In this document: in pieces, positions 52,025 through 60,936 of the stretch
How the letters are laid out: the number at the start of each line of letters is the position of its first letter
Position numbering within the stretch: the stretch's first letter is position 1
From: Alphaproteobacteria bacterium
Lineage (GTDB): Bacteria > Pseudomonadota > Alphaproteobacteria > JAUHZC01
Assembly (NCBI GenBank): GCA_023898725.1
Contig: CP060236.1
Span: 672,852 to 736,851 of the forward strand
Length of the DNA stretch: 64,000 bases
Direction of reading: 5' to 3'
Program-made: the position numbers and the translations under genes
Notes under the pieces: model-generated
The model's input: the letters and a program-made list of their open reading frames with translations, nothing else
Database searches by the model: none
Told to the model about the DNA's origin: nothing

Positions 52025-52869
52025 GCGCGTTCTCCTGATCGAAAATTAAGGCGGTCTTTGTGAGAAAGACATGTGTCAAGTCCTCGTCCATTTGCAATGC
52101 GGGTATTGCCAGATTGCGGGGCCCGAAGTCCCGATATTTTTAGAAACTTTTTTGCTTGGAGGGGGGTGAATGCGCCTCCATCAGTGTCCGAGCCGTTCAC
52201 TGCACCCAAGACAAGCCAGACCCCCTTCCATCCAAATGGCCTCTCTTTGACGCTGAATGCCGCGTATTGAAAACTGGAATCTGGCATATGTATGTTTGGA
52301 CGCAAAGGCCTATCAGGTGCGATGATATCGGGCAAAGACAGCATCTTGGCTTGAGAAAGGTGTAGCCAGAAAGCAGCGGCTTCACTTTTATGTGGGGCGT
52401 CAAGACCAGCACCACTTATGTGTCCGTCCCCTCTACCAACGGGGCTATCCTGACCAAATACTTGATCCGCCTCAGAAAAATTACCAGGGAGTGCATCAAA
52501 CGTTTCAACGAACTGGATTACTGCCCCGCGGATAGTAGTATATTGACTGATGGCACTTTTGATGCGCGCATCATCGACGCCTCCAAAAAGTTCGCCCACG
52601 CTGTTGCGCAAGAAAAAACCGACAACGACAAGTGCTATAAGTATCTCGATTAATCCAAACGCTGGGAGAGTGGGAGTGAATAAACGTTTGATATGTGCCT
52701 GTATTAGTGAGATGAAATCACCTCTAATCTTAGGCCAACAATGGGGCGATGGCCGTGAAGATGTATGCATTAATGTGTGCTTACACTCATTTGATTGTAG
52801 GTAAGAACCTTTTGTCCTAATCCTACAGGATGGTTGACATGATATAAAGGGCTCTTTGTCTAGCATCAC
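51991..52869 (-). CDS. Type IV pilin-like / pseudopilin protein, second paralog
   Basis: …TPTLPA-FGLIEILIALVVVGFFL has the same motif. True start uncertain: the longest ORF has about 70 aa before the motif. Confidence 0.45.
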   Translation of the reverse strand: MMLDKEPFISCQPSCRIRTKGSYLQSNECKHTLMHTSSRPSPHCWPKIRGDFISLIQAHIKRLFTPTLPAFGLIEILIALVVVGFFLRNSVGELFGGVDDARIKSAISQYTTIRGAVIQFVETFDALPGNFSEADQVFGQDSPVGRGDGHISGAGLDAPHKSEAAAFWLHLSQAKMLSLPDIIAPDRPLRPNIHMPDSSFQYAAFSVKERPFGWKGVWLVLGAVNGSDTDGGAFTPLQAKKFLKISGLRAPQSGNTRIANGRGLDTCLSHKDRLNFRSGERACTVYFRLWGG

Positions 52870-53002
52870 AAATTATTCGCACTACTTTTTTGTATCTTTG
52901 TCCCTTTGGGAAAAATGTCAACAGGATATAGTGAAATTTTAGGAAAACTACTTGGGATGATGGCACAAAAGGTAAAGTCTATAAAAAATAAGCCACAGTA
53001 GC

Positions 53003-53515
53003 CTATTTGCGAAAGCGATCAAGCTGGACAACCTTTTCCCCAGACAGGGTAGGCGGTGGCGTATCTATCGGGACCGAAGCGGTAGGCGTGCCTGCAGAAG
53101 TGATCTTGACCCCTCTTAATCCCTCATCGCGGGATGATGGGGTTCCATCCGGGTTTTCTCGCGTGGAGGGCACAAAGTGTAAGCCGAACTGCACGGAAGG
53201 ATCGACAAAACTGATTAAGGCGCTAAAGGGAACTTCAATTGTTTCAGGTGCGTTATTAAAACTGAGTGTCACGGCGAATCCATCGCTGTTCACTTTGAGG
53301 TCCCAAAACATATGCTGAATAACAATGGTAATTTCATAGGGATGGCGCTCACGCAAAAAAGCTGGAATTTTGACATCATCTCTGTCTGTGCGAAAGGTAA
53401 TATAAAAGTGATGGTCATTTTGTAAACCATCTTGCGCTACGCGTTTGAGGATGCGTGCAATAGATTCAAGGAGTGCTTCTTGGACTATTGCATCGTAATC
53501 AAATGGCATGCTCAT
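53003..53515 (-). CDS. sspB: ClpXP adaptor SspB (alphaproteobacterial type)
   Basis: 170 aa; N-terminal DYDAIVQEALLESIARIL, HFYITF, EITIVIQH blocks match SspB; disordered P/S/T-rich tail. Confidence 0.65.
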   Translation of the reverse strand: MSMPFDYDAIVQEALLESIARILKRVAQDGLQNDHHFYITFRTDRDDVKIPAFLRERHPYEITIVIQHMFWDLKVNSDGFAVTLSFNNAPETIEVPFSALISFVDPSVQFGLHFVPSTRENPDGTPSSRDEGLRGVKITSAGTPTASVPIDTPPPTLSGEKVVQLDRFRK

Positions 53516-53747
53516 GGGTTCCTCTCCTGCCGAATAAACAATACGATCTTTTCATTGCCCCAATACCAGACCCTTAAGAATGTTTTTATAAAGTTTTTCA
53601 CTAGGACAAAGGGGCTACACTTATATCGCGAAGTGTTCTTAGTTAAGAACTATTTTTTTGCCAAACTGGCATTGCACCATATTACGAGCCATTCTATTAA
53701 AGAATAGCAAATTGTCAACATGGTTTTTGGATTTCCACAATCCGCCT

Positions 53748-54938
53748 TTAGGCCCCCGCTCGTTCAGTAAAGAGCCATTTGATAGATGGTGATAGGTTGA
53801 TCAAAGACATTCCCACTTGCCGCATACATCGAATCCCAGGGGTTTTTAGGGCAAAAATCCGGATAATTCCATCTGTTGCGTGGAGCATGATGCGTCGGTC
53901 GGTCATGCGGGCATTCTGAATTGTACATAACACTGTGGGAATATCACCGTCTACAGACATCTGTGCGATGTTATCATATATCGCACGAACATCTTTAAGG
54001 CCGTAGTTTAATCCTTGTCCTGCTACGGGGTGTATAGTCATGGCTGCGTCTCCACATAGCATTACCCGGTTCCGAGCAGGCTGAGGGGAAAACGTTGCCA
54101 CTAGGGGAAATGAGGAGAGGGGTGTATCTAAGGTGTAGGTTCCGTAATCCGGAAAAAGCTCTTCCAATTTATGGGTAAAAACATCCATACTCTGACGGAC
54201 ATAAGAGTCTCCCAAGCGTTTTGCCATAGAAAATACACAGGCCGATTTATTGCCCTGAAGAGGCAAAAATGCCAGCGGGCCCAAAGGTGTGAACACTTCA
54301 ACGGCCCCATTATGATGAGGTTTTGTATGCGTGACATTGCATATGAGGGCTGCGTGGTCATAAGAAAATTTTTCCTCAGAAATTTCAAGTAAACGCTTGA
54401 TCATAGAGTTTTTTCCATCAGCGGCAAAAACGACATTGCCGCGAAGCGTTGTTTTGTGAGGGCCTTTTTGCTGAAGTGTTAGCGTGACGGAATCACTGTC
54501 CTGGTGAACATGTGTAACGGCTGTTTCGGTTTGGTATGTAATCTCAGAACAATCCCGCACAGCCTTGTGTAAGACCTGACAGAGTGCCGTGCTGGGTATC
54601 ATGTATCCGTGCAAATTTTCGCCTGAACTTCCGTGGCGTACAGGATGATCAAAAAGAACCCCCCCCAGACTTCCGGATTCTTGCACGCGAATCGTATGAA
54701 TGGGGGTTGCATGGGGTTTTAATTGCTCCCACACCCCCAAATCACGTAAGAAATCAGCATTTCCGGCACTCAATGCATAGACGCGAGAATCGTTTGCTTT
54801 ATCAAAAAGCGCGAGACCTTTTTCAAGAAGAGTGGTGGGAATGCCCCCCCGTGAAAGGCTTAAGGCCAGGGCCATTCCAACGGGGCCTGATCCAACAATG
54901 AGCGCGTGTACAGACATGCATTGGGTTTTCGTTTGCAA
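53748..54938 (-). CDS. FAD-dependent monooxygenase, UbiH/UbiF/Coq6 family
   Basis: 396 aa; Rossmann ALIVGSGPVGMALAL; DG motif; GDAAMTIHPVAGQGLN FAD-binding fingerprint. Confidence 0.75.
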   Translation of the reverse strand: MQTKTQCMSVHALIVGSGPVGMALALSLSRGGIPTTLLEKGLALFDKANDSRVYALSAGNADFLRDLGVWEQLKPHATPIHTIRVQESGSLGGVLFDHPVRHGSSGENLHGYMIPSTALCQVLHKAVRDCSEITYQTETAVTHVHQDSDSVTLTLQQKGPHKTTLRGNVVFAADGKNSMIKRLLEISEEKFSYDHAALICNVTHTKPHHNGAVEVFTPLGPLAFLPLQGNKSACVFSMAKRLGDSYVRQSMDVFTHKLEELFPDYGTYTLDTPLSSFPLVATFSPQPARNRVMLCGDAAMTIHPVAGQGLNYGLKDVRAIYDNIAQMSVDGDIPTVLCTIQNARMTDRRIMLHATDGIIRIFALKTPGIRCMRQVGMSLINLSPSIKWLFTERAGA

Positions 54939-55029
54939 GGATATGAAATACTAACACACTGTGTAAAAGTTGACAGCTCATCTTTGATATTTTAATGCTT
55001 GTGTAAAAGATCGTGCTGAGTAGTCTTAC

Positions 55030-56862
55030 ATGGGTATAAGAGTTGCGGTTGTTGCGTACCTATTTCTGATAAGTGTTTCAGGAGTAAATGGTGAACAAAA
55101 AGACAGGCTGTATGGAAAAAATCCGTACTTGACTTTGATGGCTTCTCCGCAGATTCCCGCATCAGCCACACACCTACCAGCAGCCAATCCTCATGCCTCT
55201 ATGGGACGTGATACGCACTTGCGAACGATCGTGATTGGCAATGCCTTCGATTGCTTGTTTCCCTTTGCAAATAAAGGAATTCCTGCTTGTGGAAATGGGA
55301 TTACTGACGAGCCTTTGGTATTTGAGCGCCTCATGTACCGTAACCCTGATGAGCCGTTTACCTTTTATCCGTGGTTGGCATCTTACGTAGAAGTGGCCCC
55401 GGATAACAGTTGGGTGCGATTCTCGTTAAATCCTCAAGCAACGTGGGCAGATGGAAAGCCTGTCAGTGCAGAGGATGTAGCGTTTACGTGCGAGGTGCTA
55501 CGTACCCAAGGCCGCATCATTTTTCGCAATCTGTACGCATCTGTTGCACGGATTGTTGTTGAAAACCCTCATACGGTACGCTTTGTTATGAAAGCATGTG
55601 ATCACCCCACGGAGAAAGGGAAAACATACTACTCTCGTGAAAACATCATGGTCCTAGCGGGGATGACAGTTCTACCCAAGCACGTTATTGGCCCACGCCA
55701 CCTAGATGAGATTGTTCAAGAGAAACTGCCTGGAAGTGGTCCATACGCTTACGGTATGGTTGTCAATGGAAGGCGTATTAGTTACGTACGCCGTTCTGAT
55801 TATTGGGGCGATCGTGCGAGACTTATGATTGCCAAGGGGCGGTACAACTTTCAGAAACTGACGTTTACATATTTTCGCGAAGCTAATGTGGGGTTTGAGG
55901 GTTTGAAAGCAGGTGAAGGCGATTTTTTTATTGAAGAAAATATCCGCAGGCGCTTGCGTGGGTATACCTTTGATCGATTCACACGGGGTGATGTTACCTT
56001 GACGTGCGCTTCAAACGTGCAACCGAAGTCAATGCTCGGTTTTGTCATGAACACGCGTCAGTTTCCCTTTGATAACTATCACTTCCGCAAGGCGATGGTG
56101 CTGGCGTGTGATTGGGGGTGGATAGCACATAATCTTTATGGGGGAGCTTATGTGCGTGCGAATAGTTACTTTATGCACACGGATTTTTCTGCCTGCGCAG
56201 GTGACACGTTGGTAGCGGGTAGTTCTGTTGCGCAGGTAAAGAAAGCTCCACCGCTTCACATAAAAAACCCTCGCCGCCGTCATCAGCGTGTAATTCGACT
56301 CTTAAAGCGAGCAGGATGGATTATTAAAAATGGGATCTGTGTTTCTGAAAAAACCGGCGTACCTTTGGAAATGAGTCTTCTTCTTGAGGGCGATGAGCAT
56401 AAACCGGAAGCTATTGCCTATGCTCGTAACCTTAAGGCCTTCGGAATCACTTTGACAATTCACAGAAAAGATTCCGCGCAATATTGGCGGAAAGTCTTGG
56501 CTTTTGACTATCAAATGACCGCTTTTCGGTGGACAGGGTCTCAGTCTCCTGGGGCCGAGCAACGTAATCGCTGGACAACAGAATCTGCAGACATAAAAGG
56601 GTCTTTGAATTTTGCGCAGGTACGCGATGGACAGGTTGATCAGGCGGTCCGCCTTCTTTTGGGGTCACAAACTTACGAAGAACAACGGTCCGCTGCTCAG
56701 ATGCTTGATCACCGATTGTTAAGCCTTTATCTTGTTGTGCCACTGGGTCATCCCGCACAAACATGTGCGTTGCATGCGTCCAACCTTACATTCCTCACAA
56801 AGTCTGATCGACTAAAAATCCCGGAAAAAAGTTTCTGGTGGGATCAAACTGCATCACACTAG
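55030..56862 (+). CDS. ABC transporter substrate-binding protein, family 5 (oligopeptide/YejA-like), orphan
   Basis: 610 aa with signal peptide; size and composition typical of cluster-C SBPs. No adjacent permease or ATPase genes. Confidence 0.6.
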   Translation: MGIRVAVVAYLFLISVSGVNGEQKDRLYGKNPYLTLMASPQIPASATHLPAANPHASMGRDTHLRTIVIGNAFDCLFPFANKGIPACGNGITDEPLVFERLMYRNPDEPFTFYPWLASYVEVAPDNSWVRFSLNPQATWADGKPVSAEDVAFTCEVLRTQGRIIFRNLYASVARIVVENPHTVRFVMKACDHPTEKGKTYYSRENIMVLAGMTVLPKHVIGPRHLDEIVQEKLPGSGPYAYGMVVNGRRISYVRRSDYWGDRARLMIAKGRYNFQKLTFTYFREANVGFEGLKAGEGDFFIEENIRRRLRGYTFDRFTRGDVTLTCASNVQPKSMLGFVMNTRQFPFDNYHFRKAMVLACDWGWIAHNLYGGAYVRANSYFMHTDFSACAGDTLVAGSSVAQVKKAPPLHIKNPRRRHQRVIRLLKRAGWIIKNGICVSEKTGVPLEMSLLLEGDEHKPEAIAYARNLKAFGITLTIHRKDSAQYWRKVLAFDYQMTAFRWTGSQSPGAEQRNRWTTESADIKGSLNFAQVRDGQVDQAVRLLLGSQTYEEQRSAAQMLDHRLLSLYLVVPLGHPAQTCALHASNLTFLTKSDRLKIPEKSFWWDQTASH

Positions 56863-57018
56863 TCTAGAAAACCAACACAGCGTTTTTAGCCATTTTAGCC
56901 AACGATCGTTGATATTAGACACAGGCAAGAGGGGTGCATCTTGTTGACGTAGGGTTACTATTGGTATTTATATGGTTTTATGGTTTACGTTACACATGAC
57001 TGAGGAGCCGCTGATAAG

Positions 57019-57840
57019 ATGAATCAGAATTCGGGAACTTTTCCCCGCACACTCCTTGTTTTGATAGTGATGCTATACGGCGTATTGAGCTATCTGGGGA
57101 TTTGGCAAATCAAGCGTCACCATGAAACGCAAAACGCCATCATCCGCGTGCATGCGAATCAACGTGAACCCATTGTGGATCTGGATGGTGTTTTGACATC
57201 GGTAGCTGCACGTGCTGTTGTTGAGGGTGATGATTTGCGCACCAATCACTACTATCGACGGGTGCGCATTAGTGGAACATTTCAGCATGATCGAGAAATG
57301 CACGTATATCCCCGCTCTCATGAAGTTTCCTACGGTATCAAAAAAGCGGGGTTTGATGTGGTGACTCCCTTTCAATTGGAAAATGGCACGCAGATACTCG
57401 TCAATCGCGGCTGGGTTCCTGTTGATATTGCCCGGGATCAGTTCATGCGTGTTCAAATTGATCGCCCTGAAGGAGAGATAGTGTTGATGGCCACTATTTT
57501 GCCTGTTCCGCGTAAATCGTGGTTTAGTCCTGATAATAAACCTTCTAAAAATCAATGGTTTAAAATTGATTATCACGAAATTGTGAAGCATACAGGAATG
57601 CATCATTTGATGCCGGTCTATGTCATGTGCGAACCGTATCAGCTGAATGGTGACTTATCGCCCCAAAATCTCATACAATTTCCAATAATGCTTGGGTATA
57701 AAGTCAATATTAGAAATACGCATTTGATGTACGCGGGGGTATGGTATTTTCTGAGCTTCGTTCTTTTGGGAATGGCATTGGCTTATTACCGTCGGTGGTA
57801 TCACAGAGCCGACACACATCACACGAGTTTTTTCGTGTAA
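57019..57840 (+). CDS. SURF1-family cytochrome oxidase assembly protein
   Basis: 273 aa; N- and C-terminal TM helices flanking a periplasmic domain; VTPFQLENG…VNRGWVP resembles SURF1. Confidence 0.65.
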   Translation: MNQNSGTFPRTLLVLIVMLYGVLSYLGIWQIKRHHETQNAIIRVHANQREPIVDLDGVLTSVAARAVVEGDDLRTNHYYRRVRISGTFQHDREMHVYPRSHEVSYGIKKAGFDVVTPFQLENGTQILVNRGWVPVDIARDQFMRVQIDRPEGEIVLMATILPVPRKSWFSPDNKPSKNQWFKIDYHEIVKHTGMHHLMPVYVMCEPYQLNGDLSPQNLIQFPIMLGYKVNIRNTHLMYAGVWYFLSFVLLGMALAYYRRWYHRADTHHTSFFV

Positions 57841-57924
57841 AATTCAACAGAATTGGATACACTGCACGAAGGCAATCGTTGCAAAGAGTGTAGGGCAGTG
57901 AGGGTATTTATCGTGAACCGATAC

Positions 57925-59478
57925 ATGCTGTTAGTAGGATGGCTAGTGTTCTTGAGCGCCGCTTCTGTTCCGCTTGTGGCAAAGCCTGTAGACCCTGTGA
58001 GTTTTACCCTTCAGCTAATCCCCGCGCACTCCCCCACGCAAGAGTACCTTGATGTGAAGCTTGTTTTCCATATTGAAAGTGGCTGGAAAATTCTTCACCC
58101 TGATGGTCAGGCTGTTGACGGTATTGCGCCTCGCATTACAACAGATCAAGGAAAAAATATCCGTGATCTCACAATTACATGGCCCCAATCTAAGAGACCT
58201 TTGCGTGATGGAGCGTCGGTTACTATGCGTGTATATCCCCACGATTCGAAGATTCCCGTGGATTTCATTATGCGAATTGTTTTTTCGATTTGTCGGGAGG
58301 AATGTCGTTTTTTTGATGAAAAATTGGCAACACTTTTACCATCACTGCAGGATTACCAGAGGGGGATAACAAGTCTTCCACCAGTGCCGCTGAAAGAAGT
58401 AATGCCCTCTGTTGGGGGAAGCATCGGTATTATTCTTCTGATGGCACTTTTGGGAGGGTTTATTCTGAATTTTATGCCCTGCGTGCTGCCGGTTTTATCT
58501 TTAAAGCTGATGGCATTGACTAAAGGAGATTTTTCCCGGGAAAGCGTCGTTAGAAAATCTCTGGCCACGTTTGCGGGGCTTATGGTGTCTTTTTGGCTTT
58601 TGGCAGTGGCAGTGATATTTTTGCGCAAATTTGGGGTTCATGTTGGGTGGGGAATGCACTTTCAACAACCGGTTTTTGTTGGCATCATGATGATTGTCTT
58701 GATAATTTTTTCGCTCAATATGTTCGGGGTATTTGAGTTTCGGCTTCCTCTTTTTATGGGGATTAATTTTTCAAGGTTTAGAGACACGCTGTGGCGGGAT
58801 TTTGGATTGGGCTTTTTGGCCACAGTATTAGCGACACCATGTTCCGCACCGTTTTTAGGAACCGCGGTGGGCTATGCTTTGACACATGATGCGGCCACAA
58901 TTGTGGCTGTATTTACATTTCTCGGAGTAGGATTTGGGATTCCTTATCTTGTAATAATCCTGAAGCCCACTCTTTATCATTACCTTCCGCGACCGGGACC
59001 CTGGATGCAACGGTTGCGTATTATTCTGGGTGCTAGCCTTCTCGTGACGGTTATCTGGCTGAGCACCGTACTGGTGGGGGAAATTCAGACAGAAAACACG
59101 CATTCAGGTGAGTCTACCGTCATTGATGCAAAAAAGCGTATCCATATCTTTTCACAGATATTACTCGATACACTGATTGCAGAAGGAAAAACAGTTTTTG
59201 TTGATATTACTGCGCGTTGGTGTGTGACGTGTATCGCGAATAAAAAATTCATTCTTTCAGATAGTCGCCTTATTCAAGATTTTAAGGATCAACAAGTCTT
59301 CATTTTACAAGGAGACTGGACACGTCCATCTTCGGAAATTACTCGTTTTATTAACAATCACGGTCGTTATGGTATTCCATTTAATGCTATTTACAGTCCC
59401 AAATGTCCTCACGGTTATGTTTTTCCTGAGGTTTTAACGGTAGAGGCCATTCGGTCGCGCGTAAAAATGTGTCGTTAG
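57925..59478 (+). CDS. dsbD: Thiol:disulfide interchange protein DsbD
   Basis: Signal peptide from the ATG at 57925; N-terminal periplasmic domain; central TM core with Cys pair (MPCVLP…TPCSAP); C-terminal thioredoxin domain with WCVTC. Confidence 0.8.
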   Translation: MLLVGWLVFLSAASVPLVAKPVDPVSFTLQLIPAHSPTQEYLDVKLVFHIESGWKILHPDGQAVDGIAPRITTDQGKNIRDLTITWPQSKRPLRDGASVTMRVYPHDSKIPVDFIMRIVFSICREECRFFDEKLATLLPSLQDYQRGITSLPPVPLKEVMPSVGGSIGIILLMALLGGFILNFMPCVLPVLSLKLMALTKGDFSRESVVRKSLATFAGLMVSFWLLAVAVIFLRKFGVHVGWGMHFQQPVFVGIMMIVLIIFSLNMFGVFEFRLPLFMGINFSRFRDTLWRDFGLGFLATVLATPCSAPFLGTAVGYALTHDAATIVAVFTFLGVGFGIPYLVIILKPTLYHYLPRPGPWMQRLRIILGASLLVTVIWLSTVLVGEIQTENTHSGESTVIDAKKRIHIFSQILLDTLIAEGKTVFVDITARWCVTCIANKKFILSDSRLIQDFKDQQVFILQGDWTRPSSEITRFINNHGRYGIPFNAIYSPKCPHGYVFPEVLTVEAIRSRVKMCR

Positions 59479-59494
59479 TATCGCTTCGTTCCTA

Positions 59495-60781
59495 TCAGGA
59501 AGAGGGGCGATCAGGATGTGTTTCCTTAATAAAAAAAGCAAGGAAAAAGGCCCCCAGCGTTGAGAGAGGAACAACATACAGTGCAGCATGATAATCCATG
59601 TATGTGTAGATATAATCAGCTGGTAAAAGGCCTCCACGAGTGGCGTGACTTTCAATGAGATGTCCAACAAGGGGGTGATAAATAGGTCCTGTCATCATAA
59701 CAATCGCATTTACCATCGCTACGGACACACCGCTCATAGAACGCGGAACAATCTCACAAATAGATGAAAAAGTAAGGATTTTTGCCGTATAAACAAGGCC
59801 TGCCAAAAAAAACAGAACATACATTCCCATCAGCGGTATATCGGCAATAAAAACAATCATAGCATTTGTAGCAAGGGCTAAGACTGAGCCAAGAACCATG
59901 GGGAATCGCCGACTACGCCATAAATCAGAAATAGCTGTGAACAAAGGACTTCCTGCGGCTGCTCCTGCAAACATGCACGTAATCGCCATGGCAGCCATTT
60001 TTTCAGTCGATTGGGTGGCACGTTCCACAAAAGGGACTCCCCACGCTTCGCCCCAGACAGTAATAGGTACGTACATAAGCATGCTATAAGTCCCTATAAT
60101 CCAGGATTGTGGGTTAAGCATAATAGTTTTGAGATTTACCAAAGGGTGATTGTGCGTGCCTGTGGATTTAGGGCAAGACAGAAATTTTTTGGGTGGTGGT
60201 GCGTGAGGAATGAATAAGAGAAGAAGAAGACCCATCACGACCCCCAGTCCTGCAAGTGTCACAATACATGCATGGGGGCCTACAGCATTTACATATAAAC
60301 TTAAGGGGGTCCCTCCCAGAACAGCTCCTAAAGTACCGCAGAGCATAGTAAGGGCGATTGCGCGCGCCAGGAAACGTGTAGGGAGCCAAAGTGTTGCCAG
60401 CTTGACGCAACTCATGAATCCGCACGCTGAGCCCATGCCCATCAAAAAACGTCCAATCCATGCAACGTAAATATTTTTTGCAACAATAAAGAGTAGACAC
60501 CCTATTGCACATAAAAGTGAAGCACTTGATACAAGATAGCGTGGTCCCCAACGGTCAATCGCAAGCCCCAGAGGAAGTTGCATAAGGGCGTATGCCCATC
60601 CATAGGCAGAGATAATTACTCCAAAAGAAGCCGTGTTCAGATTAAGAATATCCATGAGCTCATCATGCAAAATGTTGGGAAAAACACGGACAATAAATTG
60701 GTAACAAAAAAAAGCACTTCCAAGAGCGACGGCGCACCATCCTCTGCGGATCATTGTCTTTTTGTCTGGGTTTTCGGACAT
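59495..60781 (-). CDS. MFS transporter
   Basis: 428 aa, about 12 TM helices, MFS loop motif GLAIDRWGPR between TM2 and TM3. Confidence 0.75.
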   Translation of the reverse strand: MSENPDKKTMIRRGWCAVALGSAFFCYQFIVRVFPNILHDELMDILNLNTASFGVIISAYGWAYALMQLPLGLAIDRWGPRYLVSSASLLCAIGCLLFIVAKNIYVAWIGRFLMGMGSACGFMSCVKLATLWLPTRFLARAIALTMLCGTLGAVLGGTPLSLYVNAVGPHACIVTLAGLGVVMGLLLLLFIPHAPPPKKFLSCPKSTGTHNHPLVNLKTIMLNPQSWIIGTYSMLMYVPITVWGEAWGVPFVERATQSTEKMAAMAITCMFAGAAAGSPLFTAISDLWRSRRFPMVLGSVLALATNAMIVFIADIPLMGMYVLFFLAGLVYTAKILTFSSICEIVPRSMSGVSVAMVNAIVMMTGPIYHPLVGHLIESHATRGGLLPADYIYTYMDYHAALYVVPLSTLGAFFLAFFIKETHPDRPSS

Positions 60782-60936
60782 TACAAACTCTAAGAATCTT
60801 ATGAAGTTTTTGCAAAAAGGAAACCAATCGTCAAATTAAAAATAACATTTTTCTGATTTTCTGAGGATAGATAAGTATAAAAAATTAAGATTTTATTATG
60901 ATTCTTTATTTATAATAAAAAAAAATATTTTTTCCC

